Below, in pieces: positions 12,871 through 27,191 of a stretch of DNA of 64,000 nucleotides; within the stretch, counting starts at the first letter, position 1, and each line of letters starts with the position of its first letter. Made by a program: the position numbers and the translations under genes. The stretch comes from Psammoneis japonica (taxonomy: Eukaryota), in the NCBI GenBank assembly GCA_008632985.1, contig QPGO01000031.1, positions 496,001-560,000 of the forward strand, read 5' to 3'. The notes below the pieces were generated by a model. The model saw only the letters and a list, made by a program, of their open reading frames with translations, made no database searches and was not told the DNA's origin.

Positions 12871-15800
12871 CCGGTGCCCTGCTCTGGGTTTGACAGGCAG
12901 GAGTGTGATGGCGCATTCCAAAAACTGGGCCCCTGCTTTTTTCATTGGGGGGATTCCCCTTTTTGTCACGAAGTGCTCCCCCCTGAACCCTTTTGCCTGG
13001 GTGCTGGGCAGTTGTCACAAGAGAGTGGGTTTCTTGACTCTGTGTGTTGCTCCACTTGAGTTGATGATGTTTCTGGCATGAAAAAGAAATTTCCTTGGCT
13101 TTGAGCATGTCCATTGATTTCTTCATAATTCTGAAAGTTCAGTTGATGCAAACAAAGCTCCACTTGGATTTTCAGAAGGTGTTTTCTTCCATTCTTTCAA
13201 AAACAGATGGCATGACTTTGTGGCTGATTGACAACAATCCAAAAGGGAGTCTTCAATGTCCTGTGTGTGCAAAGGCACCAAAACTGCCTTGTGGAAGGCA
13301 GTCACAGCATCAAGGTGACTGCCACATTTGTGTGGAACATCTGTCACCAAAGCTCTCAAGAATGTGCTCCTGTTGATGCTGGCTTCTTGCACTCTTTGGG
13401 TGCTTGGCCAAGATTTCTTTTGCCGTGCTGCTGTGTGGCTCTTTGGGCTTTTGCACTTGCACCCCTTTTTGCATTTTGTCTCCTTTTTGCAGCATCCAAG
13501 CCCCACATTAGGATGCTCAAGATCCCCCCCAATGAGATGAAGGAGTGAGTCAACTCTTTGTTCAAGACCTTTTGACAAGATGGTCTCTGGGCAGTTCACC
13601 CAACCATGTGCAATTGCCTGCAATGCTGAGGGCATTTTGTTTTTGCACTCTGTCTTCAGTGCTGAAATTGTCATCCATTGCAAGTGAATCTTTGTCAAAA
13701 GATTTTTGGACAGACAAAAACAGCAATTTCCAAGTCAGAAAGAATGATGGGTGTCTCTGCTGACTTTGTCATGTCTCAGCTTCTGTCCATGACAGTCCAG
13801 TGCAGTGTTTTCAAGCACAGGGCCTTGGGGGTGTTGGAGTGTGCTTTGCATGTGACTTGGTGAACATTTGTCCAAATGCTTTTTCTCAGGTCCTTTTCTG
13901 AGTTTAAAAAGGCATGTTCTGTCATTCCCAGAAGAGCCCTTTCTCTCTTTTGATTGCCAGTGGGTGCCACAAAGGCATGCTGCCTTTGCCAACAGCCGGC
14001 CCCACAAGGCCACTTGTTGCACTTTGTCATTTTCCTGAGAAATGTGCTCAAGAAGTGGGGTGAGCTCTTTTTTCATTTTCAATGCTCATCACATCTGAAG
14101 AAGCTGCAGAAGATGATGGCCACAGAGGCAGCTGTGTCAACATGGCAAGTGGGCAAAAAACAACAGCAGCAGCAACAAGGCTGTCACTTTGTGCTTTTCA
14201 CAAATCTCACCAAGCACTGCATTCTTTGCTCATTTGATGTTGTCTGTCACAAGGAATTTGGCTGCTTCAAAAAATCAATGTTGAGATGTGCCACATGGGG
14301 TGCATTGAGTGTTGTGCACACTGCACATGAGAAAGCTGTGGTGCACACCCACACATCCAAAACGAGCATTTTTGTTGCTTTTGCACAACTGCACTTCTTT
14401 TTGTGACCAACTCCAGCATGTGCTGAGTGACCCATCAGCAGGAGTGGGACTTTGGGGTTGGTGTCATCTGCTTGAAGGATGGAGTTGTCAACTTCATGCA
14501 GAAATCAGGCACAGCAACCAAGTGCAAAAGATGAGGAGCACAAACAACATTTTCCAACTTTTGAATCAATCAGATCCAAGAAGCTCAGATTCTGCATTTT
14601 GAAAACAATGCTGCAGCCACAGTTTGGGATTTCCAACATTTGGCATGGTGCAGGGCATGAAACAGGGACACACAGGAGCACTGTTCCTCCTGGGATTGTT
14701 GGGCTTTTCAAGGATGTGCACATTGAAGTGACCAAAGATCAACCCTTGCCATGTTGTTTTGGTGCATGCTTCTTTTTGAGATCAGCCATTGAAGTGCAGT
14801 CTGTGTCAAAAGAAACACTCTGGTGAGGACCACCTTGCTTGGACCTTTGTCAAAACCATCCTTAATTTTTTCCAGATTCAGCAGAAATTGTGTGATCGTG
14901 ATCAAATGATGCACTTGCAACAAAGAGATTCTGACCAACATGTGCAGCATTGAAGTGGCAGTTGTCTGAGTCCTCCTTGGTGCACTTGATGTGGAGCACT
15001 TTGTTGCAAACTCACATTTCACTGCCACAGCAAGAGCAACAACTTTGCTGCCCTCCTCCATGTCACCAACCAAACTCTCGCACATGGTGGATTCTCAGGA
15101 AGCATTTGAGGCATTGTCTGTTTCATTGCTTTGGCATTTTTGTTGACATCAGCATGATTGGCAAAACAGAAATGTGCACATCCCACTGGATGGTTGACAA
15201 CCAGGTCATTGAAGTTTGGGGTCAGGGGTGATGCTGGAATGAATCATGGCATGGTGCTCCCCAAATTGCCAGCATTTGAGAGGGAAAAACTGTGTTGTGC
15301 ATGTGCAGACACTTCTTGCTCCACTGCTGGTGCTGCAGGAGAGATGAAACACAAGACATCCAGCATGATGTGACAGAGGAAGGGGGTGCCTCTCTTGTGG
15401 TCATTGTCAAGCTCAGTTGACCTCCACAATGGCCAATGAGGACACCAACAAGTGTGGCCAACACAAAATTCCCTCAGACACACTAATTTGTTCAAATGCC
15501 ATGGACAGCTTGACAAGTTTTTTCATTTTTGACATCATGAAAACAGAAATTCAATGCATTTCTACACTCAGCAGTTTTTCATGCATGCTCACGCACATCA
15601 CGAGCTCTGCAAGCTCCAGCCCAAGAAATGACATGAAGCACAAAGATGTTGCAATAATGCAGGCAGTGTTGCCAATCCTCTTTAAGTGCAAGAAAGTGAT
15701 CACACAACACACGACAACAAAACAAATCTTGTTGTTCAAAGCTGGTCAGAAAAAGCTTCAACAGACAACACAGATGTTTTAGATGTTGCTGAGTCACCTG

Positions 15801-17523
15801 CAATGCCCAGCCCACTTTGAATCATTCTCAGATGACAACCATGTCCAGCTCCTCCACCACCAACAGTGCAAACAATTTCTCTTCTGTGCTGCTCAATTCC
15901 ACCAATGTGCTCTGTGGCAGAAGAGCAAATGACAACACTTCTGGCTCACCCAGCAAGACAACAATGCCGCTGACTCCACAACTCTCCAGCTTTTCCATTT
16001 TTTCTGCCATTGACTGTTGTGTGACTCTTCACTGCTCAAAATTGGCATGGCAGCATGACACAGTGAGGAGGGGGGTTCAACTGCACATGAGCAAAGCACA
16101 ACAAGAGGTGGCGCCAATGCCACAGTGGCCTGGTGCACCTTTGGTGGCCATGATGCAGCTGTTGTGTTTGATGCCGGTGCAGCAGCCACTGCATTGGAGC
16201 CCCCACAAAACAGGAAACCATGGGACAGATCCTGGCAGTGCTGGGGCAAAAGGGCCAACCAAAACAAAGGTTGTGAATCCCCCACCATCTCTGACAGCAT
16301 GCAACATGGTGTCATCAGCACTGCCACCCCATGCAAACAAAAGGTGGCCCAGGAACAGCTGCACCCCCAGCAACAAGAGCAGGAGCTGTGGGGTGAATCC
16401 CAGCAGCGTTCTCTCCAGCTTGCAACCCCAACACACATGTGTTCCAGCAGATGCGCCCCCGACAGAAGTGGGGGTCATGGAACAAACCCTGACAGCACAA
16501 TTGCTCAGCACCAAGCAAGCTGCACCCCCAGAAAAATGAGGGTTGTGGGATGAACCCTGGCGGCATTGTTCATGGGTGCTTCTAAAAATCAAAGACCCCC
16601 CCCCCCACACACATGCACAAAAAGTGAGTGGGACAAACCCTGGTGGCAACTGCAAACACGGCAGTCTTTTGCACTTCCACAGCACATCTGGTGTTGGGCC
16701 CCTCACTTCAGAGTTCTTGGCTGCTGCACTCTGGTCGTGCTGCCTTTTCAATTGGCAAACATCGCCAGAAGGGCAGAATTGGTGACCCCACGATGCATCT
16801 GAAAGTGATGCCATGCATGCAAAAAGCGACTCTCTGATTTTGGGCATGCAGTGGCTGCAAACGAGTCAGAGAAGCTGTGAGTGGAATTTCAAATGAACAA
16901 AAAAAAATTCAGCAAACACATCAAACTTGAACAGAAAACAGGAAAATTTCACTCAACTGCTGTCACACTGTGGAAACAAAAGAGTGCTTGTGAGCAGCTC
17001 CACAGCTGTGCAGCATGAGCAAAAAGAAGGGTGCGTGTGCAAATGACATGCTTCTTGGAGAGAATGTGAGGGGGAAAGCAGGATGTGGAAAAAATGTGGT
17101 GCAAACCACATTTTCCACTCAGGTTGTTGAAACCAAGTGTGGGCTTGGAGAGCCAACAAGTTGTTTGGGCAAAGCAACCAGACCAAAAGAACCAAATGCA
17201 CATCTGGCTGGTCTGGACAGCGACAATCTCCTGTGGGCTGGACACTTCTCCCAAAACAAGAAATGTGGGCTTTTCAGCACTCTGCTGCTTTCACAACCAA
17301 ATTGTTGTGAGGAAGTGCAGGAGTGGGGGGCAGATTTTTGTACATTTTTGGAACAGTGCTGAGCTGCTCTCACTGACAACTTTCACTGTTTCCCTGTGGT
17401 TGTGCCAATGTCTTGACCAGCACCTCCAACAATGTGAACACTCATGTTGCTGGTGGTTTTCCGATCCCGTTCGTACGGTGCGCACATCAACATGGGTTTG
17501 CGTTGTTGCGCACCGGGCCAACA

Positions 17524-19187
17524 CATCCAAAAAAATCTACCCTCAGTTCTACCCTGTAGAGAGTGGCACTCATCCTGCGGGGAAGAAGACCAACCCGCAG
17601 CCATCAGCAGAGAAGCTGCGTGCTAGCAATCAACCTACGCAAACCCCACGCGAGGAGTTGAACCCGAAAAAAAACTCCAAGACGAAGCGAGCGACGCTCA
17701 AAAAACACCGCGCCGTCACCTTGACCATGGCCTTTGAATGCCCGTAGTTCTGCTCGGCACCCATTGCAGCGAAGGTGTGAATGCCAACATTGACTGATGA
17801 GACTGTGAAAAAAATGATGCTTGCTTTGGATTTTTTGCTTGCCCTTGCCTTTTGGGTGTTTGACGACTTTTGCTGCAAGAGAGGAAACACGCGGCGCCAC
17901 CGCGTCGGTGACAGTGGCATTGACATTTCTGCTCAGTGATTTGAGGACAAAGGTGAGAATGCCAATGCTTGCTAAACTCAGCTTTAAAAATCGCATGGTT
18001 GTGTTTGCACTCATTGCAAAGCCCGCATTTTGGGCGTTTGATGCTTTTTTCTGAGGCACAGCTTTTCTCTCACTTTTTCCATTGTTTTGTGGTCGCTCAT
18101 AGGTCCACCCGGCACCCATTGCAGCGACGGCATGAACACCGCTACGGATTGACATGACTGTGGAAAAAAATGATGCTTGCAGTGGATTTGTTGCTGCTCC
18201 TCACCTCTTGGGTGTTTCGCGACTTTTGCTCCCAGAGAGGACACTGACAGGACTGCCGCGTCTGACACAGCAGCATTCACAATCAAGCTCGGCTTCGGAC
18301 TGCAAAGGCAAGAACAACAAAATTTGCTAACAACAATGTCGAACATGTGATGGAAATGTTTGTTTGTTGCACACATCTCATGTTTTGTGCGTTTGATGAT
18401 TGTCAAGTGTGGCGCAGTTTTTTCCTCACACTTTCTCCTGTCTCGCCGTCGCTGACAGGCCCACTTGGCACCCATTGCAGCGTGGGTGCCAAGGTGAGTG
18501 CGGACCAAATAGTTGTGAAAAAATGCGTCTCAAGCCAAGGATGCGGAACAATCCATTTAAAGATCAACGGCAGCAACCCTTGGTCGTGCCTTCCGCGCTG
18601 GGGAGCAGCTTGTTTTCTTCTCAAGCTGGCGGAAGTGCAATGAGGTGCTGATTGTTCCTTAGGCCAGTGCAATTGTTTGGCAATGTTTAAATGTAAAATT
18701 CACAACAGCAATCTCAAACAGGTGCTTTAGAGCTTGTCAAAGTTGAAAGCAGTGCAAGTCGTTCGTCTGCTTTCCCACAGGGAGTGTGAAGGTTTCTGCT
18801 GCACTCAGGACGCCTGTGAGTGCTGCTTGCCATGCCACCATAGATGCAGTTGGCATTGGTGCAGTTGCCGGGGTTGCATGCGGCAACGCTCATGGTTGAG
18901 ATGCCGCATTGAGACGAGCAGGTTCCTAGAACTTTCGAGCATTTTTTTTTGTTCCTCCCGTCGCACTCGACATCACGCACCAAGGACAGACTGTTTAGAT
19001 CGCGCGAAAGGGGCGCGCAGGGTAGAATTTTTGGCTCCGAAAATTCTACTGTGCCTTCTACCTGAGTGGAATAAACAGTGGATGTACGGTAGATCTTTTT
19101 AGAAGATACTAACACCGTATTGACATTTTTACATACGAGAATTCCACTTTCCAGTAGAAAAATACTACTTGGGTAGAATTTTGGGTG
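17524..19187. mobile_element. Putative non-autonomous TIR element, possibly Tc1/mariner-type
   Basis: Left catccaaaaaaatctaccc vs right gggtagaattttgggtg (imperfect inverted ends). Right flank is TA, left flank is CA. Confidence 0.45.
17756..18485 (+). repeat. ~355-bp tandem repeat, two full units plus the start of a third
   Basis: ggcacccattgcagcg at 17756, 18111 and 18467; the first two units also share gactgtg(a/g)aaaaaaatgatgcttgc and gggtgttt..cgacttttgct. Confidence 0.8.
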
Positions 19188-19357
19188 TAACGGTACCGTA
19201 CTACCAATGCCACAAAAATATAAAAAAATATTCAGAAATGGTAATTGGCATTTGCCTCCGTAACAAACAGCCGCATGCCCAACGTGCAACAACCGAAACC
19301 GAACCACAACAGGAAACCAAAACGGTGGCAACGAAAAAACAGAAAGTACCATCAACC

Positions 19358-21314
19358 ATGCCAACTACGGTAGCTGTGATCGGATGTGGTCCTGGTGGCA
19401 TGTCGTTTTGCCATGCGCTTGAATCGCGACGCCGAACCTTACAACAGGCCGGCGATGAGGAGGGCCTCGCTGACCTTCCCATTGTCACATGCTATGAGCG
19501 TGCCTCAGCTCCGGGAGGAGTCTGGAGGGCGAAACGGAGCTTTGTCGACAGTAAAAAAAGTGAGAAACCTGCTGCCAAGTTGCTTGATCGAAAAGGCAGT
19601 AGAGACGAAATAGAGCCAGCCACGGTGGACGCGTCCTTGACACCAAGCATACCTCAGCTGCCTGTCGCTGAAAGCATGATTGAGACGACCAACATGTATG
19701 AAGCCCTCTGGACAAACGGACCCAAAGAATCCATCGAATATTTCGATTATACATTTGATGAACACTTCCAGTGCGCTCTCCCAGTCTACATGCCCCGAGA
19801 AGATCTTCTGGACTACATAACGAGCCGTGTCACGAAACATTGCCCCGACTTTTTTGAAAAGTACGTCAAGTTCAACACGACAGTCCAGAAGGTCAAGTAC
19901 AATCACACTACGTTAAAGTTTGAAGTAACGATTCATGACTGGGTGGTCGACAAGCTTGTCACTGTCGAATACGACAAATGCATCTGGGCAGCCGGCGAGA
20001 ACGGCAAACCCATGATGCCCGCACCACTCGTCAATATGTTTCGCGAGGGAGGCTTCCAGGGGCGCCTTATTCACTCATCCGATACTGCCAATTTTTGAAG
20101 CAGACGTCAAAGGGAAACGCGTGTTGCTGATTGGTGGTTCGTACAGTGCCGAGGATCTCGCGTTGATGGCCGTCAAGGTAGGTGCCGAGAAGGTGTATGT
20201 TAGCTCACGTACAGAAGACAATGTAGCGGCATGGACCACTACATGGCCCTTGAACAAGGTAGAAATCCTTGAGGAGATGATCCCAGTAAAGGTGACTGAA
20301 GAAGGAAAATGTATTCAGTTTGCGGAAACCTCGTGGGAATTCCCTGACAAGTGGGAAACTGCAGAGGAGATCGAAACGTCCATACCCGACATTGACACCG
20401 TCATATTCTGCACAGGGTACAAGGCCAACATGACAATGCTGGACGACGAATTAAAGGCGCCATTTATTTGCCCCATTGAGAAGAAGGTGCAGGTACCTTC
20501 AGACTGGAAGATGACCGAAAATGAGTGGACCGAGTTTCTCGGGGACGTCGAACCCGGTGATGTGCGCTGGTACAACAGCTTGCTGAAATATCCAGACATT
20601 TACCATGGTGTAATGATTTCGAACCCCAATATGATGTTCATTGATAATCTTCTGCAGCCGAATCCTCTTTTTGCTACGGATGTTTCCGCCTGGCTGCTCC
20701 TTGCTTTCATCACGGGAACTGCCGACTTGCCGTCTCGGGAAGAAATGATGCAAGAGAACTTGGAGGAAGTCTGTCGGCACATGCAAAACGCGTCTCTCCG
20801 GTACTACATGGACAAAAATTACAGTGCTGCCTGGGATGCAAAAATCGATGACGATGATGAGAGACTGAACGAAAAATATTACGATGCCGTTTGGGATCAC
20901 GACCGCATCTTGACCCGTCTCATGGCTCGTGCTGTAGAAATGGCCGGCTATCCCGTGAGCTTGGGGACTTATGATGATCTGAATGACATTGCGGAGAAAT
21001 CGCTCTACTACGGTAAACTGTCTTATTATCACCGAGAGAATACTACCGCCCCCGAGAACAAAGACGCAGATTACTGGAAGACCTTTCGCGACTACACGGA
21101 TGCGGGGAAGTTCAAGTCTCTCTTTACCGGTACGACTGCTGTTCCGTTGGCAAAGAACTGGCTGGACATTGACCCGCATGATCGAGCGTCGATTGGATAC
21201 AGTGTCCCGGTGATCCGCACTCCCAGCGATGAGTCAAGGCATCTAAAGGACGACGTGCGGATGCTGGAGAGGTCCGGTCGTAAAGTAAGTGGCGATGATA
21301 TTGGTGAACCTTAG
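19358..21314 (+). CDS. Flavin-containing monooxygenase (class B FMO) with one apparent +1 frameshift
   Basis: VAVIGCGPGG (FAD), GGVW, MYEALWTN, FQGRLIHS (FMO motif), LLIGGSYSAED (NADPH) and DTVIFCTGY. Removing one T from the T5 run at 20092-20096 joins the two ORFs. Confidence 0.9.
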
Positions 21315-21560
21315 CACCTTTAAAATGCAGCACCTTAATGCTAGTAAATAACAGCCCGAAGAGTAAACATTTTTTTACACCTCTTTCAGGAAAGAGAAAG
21401 ACCAGAGCAACATGTTTTCTGTCCCTTCGTACCTTTTTAAAAATGCAGCACCTCACTAAAAAACAGCCCGAAAGGCAAACAATTTTTTTTCACCTGGAGA
21501 AAAAAAGCTGCCTCTCCATCACACCTTTAGAAGCCACCAGAACAACATGTTTCTGCACCA
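21311..21560. repeat. Short dispersed repeat with an internal dimer; related inverted copy at ~39170-39320
   Basis: The pattern accttt..aaaatgcagcacct...aacagcccgaa...accag..caacatgttt occurs twice; the reverse complement of 39260-39318 reads ttggcacctttaaaaacccagcactt...aacagccc. Confidence 0.6.
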
Positions 21561-21781
21561 CATTTTTGCTCACCACTCACACCACCATTCAGACCAGTGC
21601 GTGAAGGCTCTGCGCGCGCGGAGCGTCCGCTGTTCGTTGCGCTTTGTGTGTTTGTTGTCATGATTGATGAGTTCATCCTGCGGGTCTTTCGCTACTTCGG
21701 CAACAAGTAATAGCTCTTTCTTTGATCTTTTATATAGTCTTTTGAGAGTGCTTTCTGAATTGACATCGATATCGCTGCAGT

Positions 21782-22102
21782 ATGCTTCGTGTGGTAGCGC
21801 CAAGTCTCAAGTCCAGGGTAACGCTCTTCGTGTCTCGCCAACTGCCACAGCAAACCTTGACAAATAATTGCCGTTGCTTTACAGAGATGGCTATCCTGCT
21901 CCCGAGACCTCTCCCATTGACAATGATGTCATTGGACTCTTTATTTTCGTCTTGGATTTGGATGATCAAAAGGACATTTCAACCATCCATCATCCGGAAG
22001 CGGCGTAAAACTGGCTTTCTGAAAAGGCAGAAATCCGTAGGCGGCCGACGCGTGCTGAAACGCCGCGCTGCGAAGGGACGTGCCCGATTGGGTGGTTGTT
22101 AG
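21782..22102 (+). CDS. MRPL34: Mitochondrial ribosomal protein bL34m with transit peptide
   Basis: C-terminal [41 protein letters not shown] matches L34; the N-terminal extension is basic and hydroxylated. Confidence 0.9.
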   Translation: MLRVVAPSLKSRVTLFVSRQLPQQTLTNNCRCFTEMAILLPRPLPLTMMSLDSLFSSWIWMIKRTFQPSIIRKRRKTGFLKRQKSVGGRRVLKRRAAKGRARLGGC

Positions 22103-22176
22103 AAGACGATAGAAAGCTTTGCAGTATAATGGGCGTTCAATGGCATTTAAATGTTAGTTGACTCCCGTCCAAATCT

Positions 22177-25100
22177 TTAAACGGAAGCTACAGAATGCTT
22201 GAACAAATCCATAATACTAGCACAAGCCAAGTATCGTCGCAGCAAACTGTAATGTCACCAGCTCCTGTCTTGAAATTGCACTGTACGACAACAAAAACGT
22301 TGTCGCTACTCGCCGGCAAGGCTCCAGCCAGATGAAACTTGTTGTCCTTCCATGTCGTATCTAACGGGGTCTAGAATCAAAGGCATGAACAGACATAAAC
22401 AGTGAGGATACGTGAAGGCTACAAACACAAGCTTCACATTTGAGGTCACAACTTACCAAACAAGTCTGTTTGACAATGTGAGCCGGCAGCTTTTCTTGCG
22501 CATCTTTGTCTTTGATTGTAAATGTCGACGTCGCACGCTGGTGAATGCCCTTCATGCGTTTCATGGCGGCATCTAAGTCCACCCTTGTCATGCTCGTTGG
22601 CCGAATCATTTCTCCGAGAGGGGGTTTGATTTCAACTGCATTGCTGCCGCGATCCGATTTGAAATCAAAGCGTGCCACTAAGGAACCGTCACGATTGGAG
22701 GAAGATACAAAGTCCATGCCCAGGACTGCCAAGGACATTTGACCCCTTTTCAAGGCTTCAATTTCCTGGGGAATTACTACTTTGCTGGTGGATATGGAAC
22801 CACTTGGCGTGCCGCGTTGAACGATACGGATACGCCGCAAAATACCAGCGTCGGTCCGTCTTACAACAAAAACATCGAAGGATACGTTTTAGCTTTATCA
22901 ACATCAACACCGACAAAGGCAATACAGAAGAATCGAAACTCACCTATTCTCAAACTTGACTTGAAGACAGATGGTGGTAACTTTTTCTCCATCCAACCCA
23001 AGTAGTTTAGCTTCTTTCTTCTTCGTTATTCCTCGGAGATATCGCGCTTGCACCATTAAACCACCGCCTAGTTCTGGCCTGACAAGTTTCATCCACTCGC
23101 TGCTATCGTTTTCGAAAGCGGCATCGTCGCCATTGTCCTTTTCAACTACAAGTGGTGCCATGACGAGGCCCTCAAGTCCAGACGCCAGGGAAGACGTGGA
23201 CGAAGCGCCACCACTCGAATTCTGCCTTTTGACAGGCTGCTGCTTTGACGGTTCAGGTGCAGCTCCCATTGCCAATAAGTCGCCGTTTTCATTGTCTGAA
23301 TCATCATCGCTCTCTTCACTGGAAGAGTCGTCAGAAGAGTCCGACGATGATTCGTCCTCGGAGGAAGTGGCGTCATCACAAGGGACTCTGAGAGCTTCGG
23401 ATTGGGCAACATTGTACCGCCGTTCGCTACCGGCGCTGTCGGGACGGGAATGAGTTCTTGAGTCTTGAAACCAGGAGTGTCGCCGTCATTATCCGATTCG
23501 TCACTGCTGCTAGTATCTTCGTCGTCACTCGAACTATCCGAGGAACTATCGTCGCTAGAAGATGACTCGCTGCTTGAACTTTCCTCTGAAGTGCTTTCGT
23601 CTGAATCGGAAGCAGTGGATGATTCGTCCGATGAGGAGTCCTCGTCGGAATCGTAGAATCCAGCTGATTTTCCTTTTTGGTTACCCAACCGTCAGTATCT
23701 TGGGCGTGCATGGTGGAATATGTCTCTTCGGGTGGGTTGCGAAGAGAGTCAGGCGAATCCACGGCAGACCAAGGCGGCAATGGCAAATAAGCCGTTCTGG
23801 CTCTGTGCGATACAAGGCTACTCAACGTGCCAAATCGGAAGTTCCCATTTGCAGAATCTGGGCTGTTACCATCACTTTCTTCTTCTTCCAATGGGAGCGA
23901 CGACGATGGAGGCTTCATCTGCAAGAACATCGTTTTGAGTTTATCCGTCGAAATTGTCTTCCCGTTTGAAGTTGACTCAATCAAACCATCAAAATCATGA
24001 TTCAGACCTATGCTCCTCAGTATCAAACCGCTCTCGAATCGAGATCGATCTCTAACATCTGGATCGACATCTGATCTCCCCATTGAAAGAATATGTTCGC
24101 AGACGGCAACATCAGAAGCGGCCAGTTTCACACCTGATGTTTTGGAGGAGACAAGAGCCTTTGTAGCTAAATGCACACCTTGCAGTTTCTCATTGGGTTT
24201 CATGTGAGGAAATGACCTGGCAACAAGCCTCAACACTTCCGATGTGGCTCTTGTTCGGTCTGAATTGCTTGAAGACAAGGGGGAGGAAGCCACGAGGAAT
24301 TCACCTACGATCCACAAAGTTGAGGACGTCGCAGCTGCAGGTAGAATCACAGTGCTTTCCTCAAGATCGTTGTCGTTGGTCTCTTTTCATCTTCGTCGTT
24401 TTCTTCCTCCTCGTCATTCGCTTCATTGCCAAGTGATGATAGTGCCCGTACAAGCAACAACGTTAGTCGTCTTTGTGCCGATTTTTGCACATGATTTGAA
24501 TCTTCCACATTCATCAGTCCACCAGCCTGTCCTGAATCGGATCTAAGCTGCAGCATAATTCTTTCCATTACCATTACGCACTCCCCGATAACCTCCTCAT
24601 TCTGACAAGCTTGTGTCAAGGCAAACAGACCATAGAGGCAGTTCAAAGCTATACGATTCGCCTCCTTGCGTTCCTTGGCAACTTCGCCTACTTTTGTACC
24701 GTAGCGATCGTGAACAATCCGCGCAAGCTCCACAATCTTTCCCACAGCACGTATGGACGCACAAACAAATGCCTTGTCATTGTGTCGAATGTAATTTCGA
24801 AGTTCTTTCAGTACTGCTTCAATGGAAGCAGGTTCCAATGCAAGAGATGTTAAAATGTCTAACTTGATCATGCGGGTAAATGAGGGATCCATCGCCTTGA
24901 CGAAAAAGTCATTCAAAAAGGGTGTAAAGGCAGAGGGACATTCCTTCGCAAGTGTTCGGATGGACGTCAGAACAACGTATTGTATCTCTCGTCTGTCGCG
25001 GTGGATTCGGACCAGAGCCTTGCCTAGCGCTGATCGAACCTTGACGCTAGATACGCCACAATAGTAGTGAAGGGAGCACACTGCCAAGACCACGCCAGAA

Positions 25101-26413
25101 TTACGACTCTTGAGTAAAGGCAGGGAGGATCGGAGTAGCAATCGATGGTCTTCCGCCAGCTCGCCGTCTTCGTCGACTGACGTAAGGGTATCGGACACGG
25201 GGCCTCCTCCGGGCATCCCTTCACCACCGCCTCCGAGGCCCAGGCCCAGACATTTCGTTGTCTCATCGCAGATGAAAGAGAAACAGGCGTACCAAGGGTC
25301 TCGTCAACGTATACTTCTTCCTCTGTGCTCTCGTCCTCTTCGTCGGAATAGAAACCTTTTACAACAACTCGTCTCTTCACTTTCTTTGGTCCTCCTTTAT
25401 TGTTTCCTCGCACAGGATCTTTGCTGTCATTCTCCCCAGTAGCCACCAACGCATCCAATCCAGCGCGACGGCAGAAGATCATGGTTTGCAATTCCTTTCA
25501 CGGTTCGTCGGACTCGGCGTTCCCGATCAATCAATTCAGCGGACCCGGTCTTCATCGCTCTTGGTTCTCGAAAGAATCGTCGACAGTAGCGTGCCATCAT
25601 GTCAATAACCACAACTTGTCCCCATTCATCCATATCAGTAAGCAAATGACAAATCTTGCGATAGCTGGCGTGTATCAATTCTAGTCGATCTGGCATAATT
25701 CACAAAAGGCAGTAATGCGCTTGTCAACACCATGGTACTCGTGTCCTCGTCCAGCAGCTTCTGCATGATTTCTAATAGCATTTCTTGTTGGTGAACATCA
25801 CAGCGTGGACTCAGTTTTGCCAAGGCATTGGCTGCACACTTGCGAACGTAGGGACTCTTGTCTCGTGCACATTTCTGAACACCCAAAATTTGAATCTGCA
25901 AAATATCTGAAATACGAATGCTACTCAATACCCGAAGCGCCAACGCTCGAATCAGTTGTTCTGAATCCGCCAATCCTCGTTGAAAGGAATTGATACTCAG
26001 TAAAGACAGCTCCCGCGTAGTGGCATCATGATCGGCGTATTGTACCAAGTACATGTAAACCATCTTTCTCACCTCCAGGCTTTGAGCACCAACCAGTTTG
26101 ACAACTTGTGGATAAAAGTCAGATACATTCCGTCCCTTTGACATGGTCGCCAGCAGCCACTTCATTCCTCTGAGTAACGTGGGAGTGCTGTTTGGGTTGG
26201 AAGGGTCCGAGTTTGAAAGTGAGGTGCGAATGGTGGAGGGTGCAATCGATTCTTCCCAAAACTGCGCATCACCCATGGTACTGAGAGCCGACGCCAATTG
26301 AGTGTTGAGAATACTCGTGGGATCCGCAACAGCGGAGGAGGCAACAGCGCCATGCCTGTTGTTGGAACATTTGACTGAACTGACTCCCAAACTGACGATG
26401 ACATGGATGACAT
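22177..26413 (-). CDS. AP3B: AP-3 complex beta subunit, several apparent 1-bp frameshifts
   Basis: LLRGMKWLLATMSKGRNVSDFYPQVVK...LLSINSFQRGLADSEQLIRALALRVLSSIR, DMDEWGQV, DHRLLLRSSLPLLKSRNSGVV, DVRDRSRF, FGTLSSLV, an acidic Ser/Asp hinge and an ear domain. Intron 22371-22456. Confidence 0.88.
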
Positions 26414-27191
26414 GTTGTTGTTGTTGTCTCGTTTTGAAGCCGTGAAAGTGGGAGTAAAATCGAGATCTGAATAAACCAATTGAAGTCTATTTCGCTATTC
26501 AAAATAGGAATTGAATAAGCAAAATTGATTGCCAGCAGGTCACGGAAATGACAGGCGCGTTCGGTTGTCCTTGGATATAGCTAGAGCAACAACGTCAAAA
26601 AAAAGGCTTTGGCTGTCAATCTAAGCTCCTTGTGCAACATGTGCTTATCAAAATGTGGGAGAACCAGGGCAACAAAGCTCCACACAGGTCAAACCACGAG
26701 GAGTAGTTGTAAGGTCAGTTTGTGACGGCGGCAGGCGGGCGGGATGGACAAAAAATTGCTGGATGTCCGTGCATCATCCGTTTCCGATTTCGCTTGCGCA
26801 CTAACTCGCGCATGCCAGAGTGGCGACGTCACAAGGATAGGTATGGATAGACATCGACGAGTCACAAGATGGTCACAACGGAAAAATGGAAATAAGCCCA
26901 GACACAAAAAGTCATTTCGATAATCGGAAGACATAAAAGGATAACTGAGCACATGTAATTTGTCAATTTCCATGTATATGTCCACGTATGTTGTTATATT
27001 CGAAAATTTACTGTCACAAATTGGGTGGATTTCGTTCTGCTGATTGAAGAGCTAAGACAAAGGAAGATACAAGTGCCGCTTCTGTTAGCAAGCGGGACGT
27101 GGGACATTGCTCGTTTTCAACGAACGGAAGCGAGAGCCTCAGTCCTTTCTTATTAGTCTTATTTGCCCTCGCTTTGGCTACGTCGTTCACC

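Larger units (their letters stand above)
6850..18950. mobile_element. TpA/CpG-depleted degenerate repeat block B (nested dead elements)
   Basis: About 12 kb with very few TA or CG; contains a foldback element and tandem units. Boundaries approximate. Confidence 0.75.

Noticed and set aside
10756..12878. hAT assignment for the foldback element
   Set aside because: The CAGGG ends are suggestive, but the 8-bp flanks (aagcatca and ccggtgcc) do not match.
13000..17400. Family assignment for decayed coding-like sequence here and at 48000-50200
   Set aside because: No motif recognisable with confidence; needs a profile search after reverting TG/CA to TA/CG.
23440..23660. Low-complexity repeat
   Set aside because: It encodes the Ser/Asp/Glu-rich hinge of AP-3 beta.
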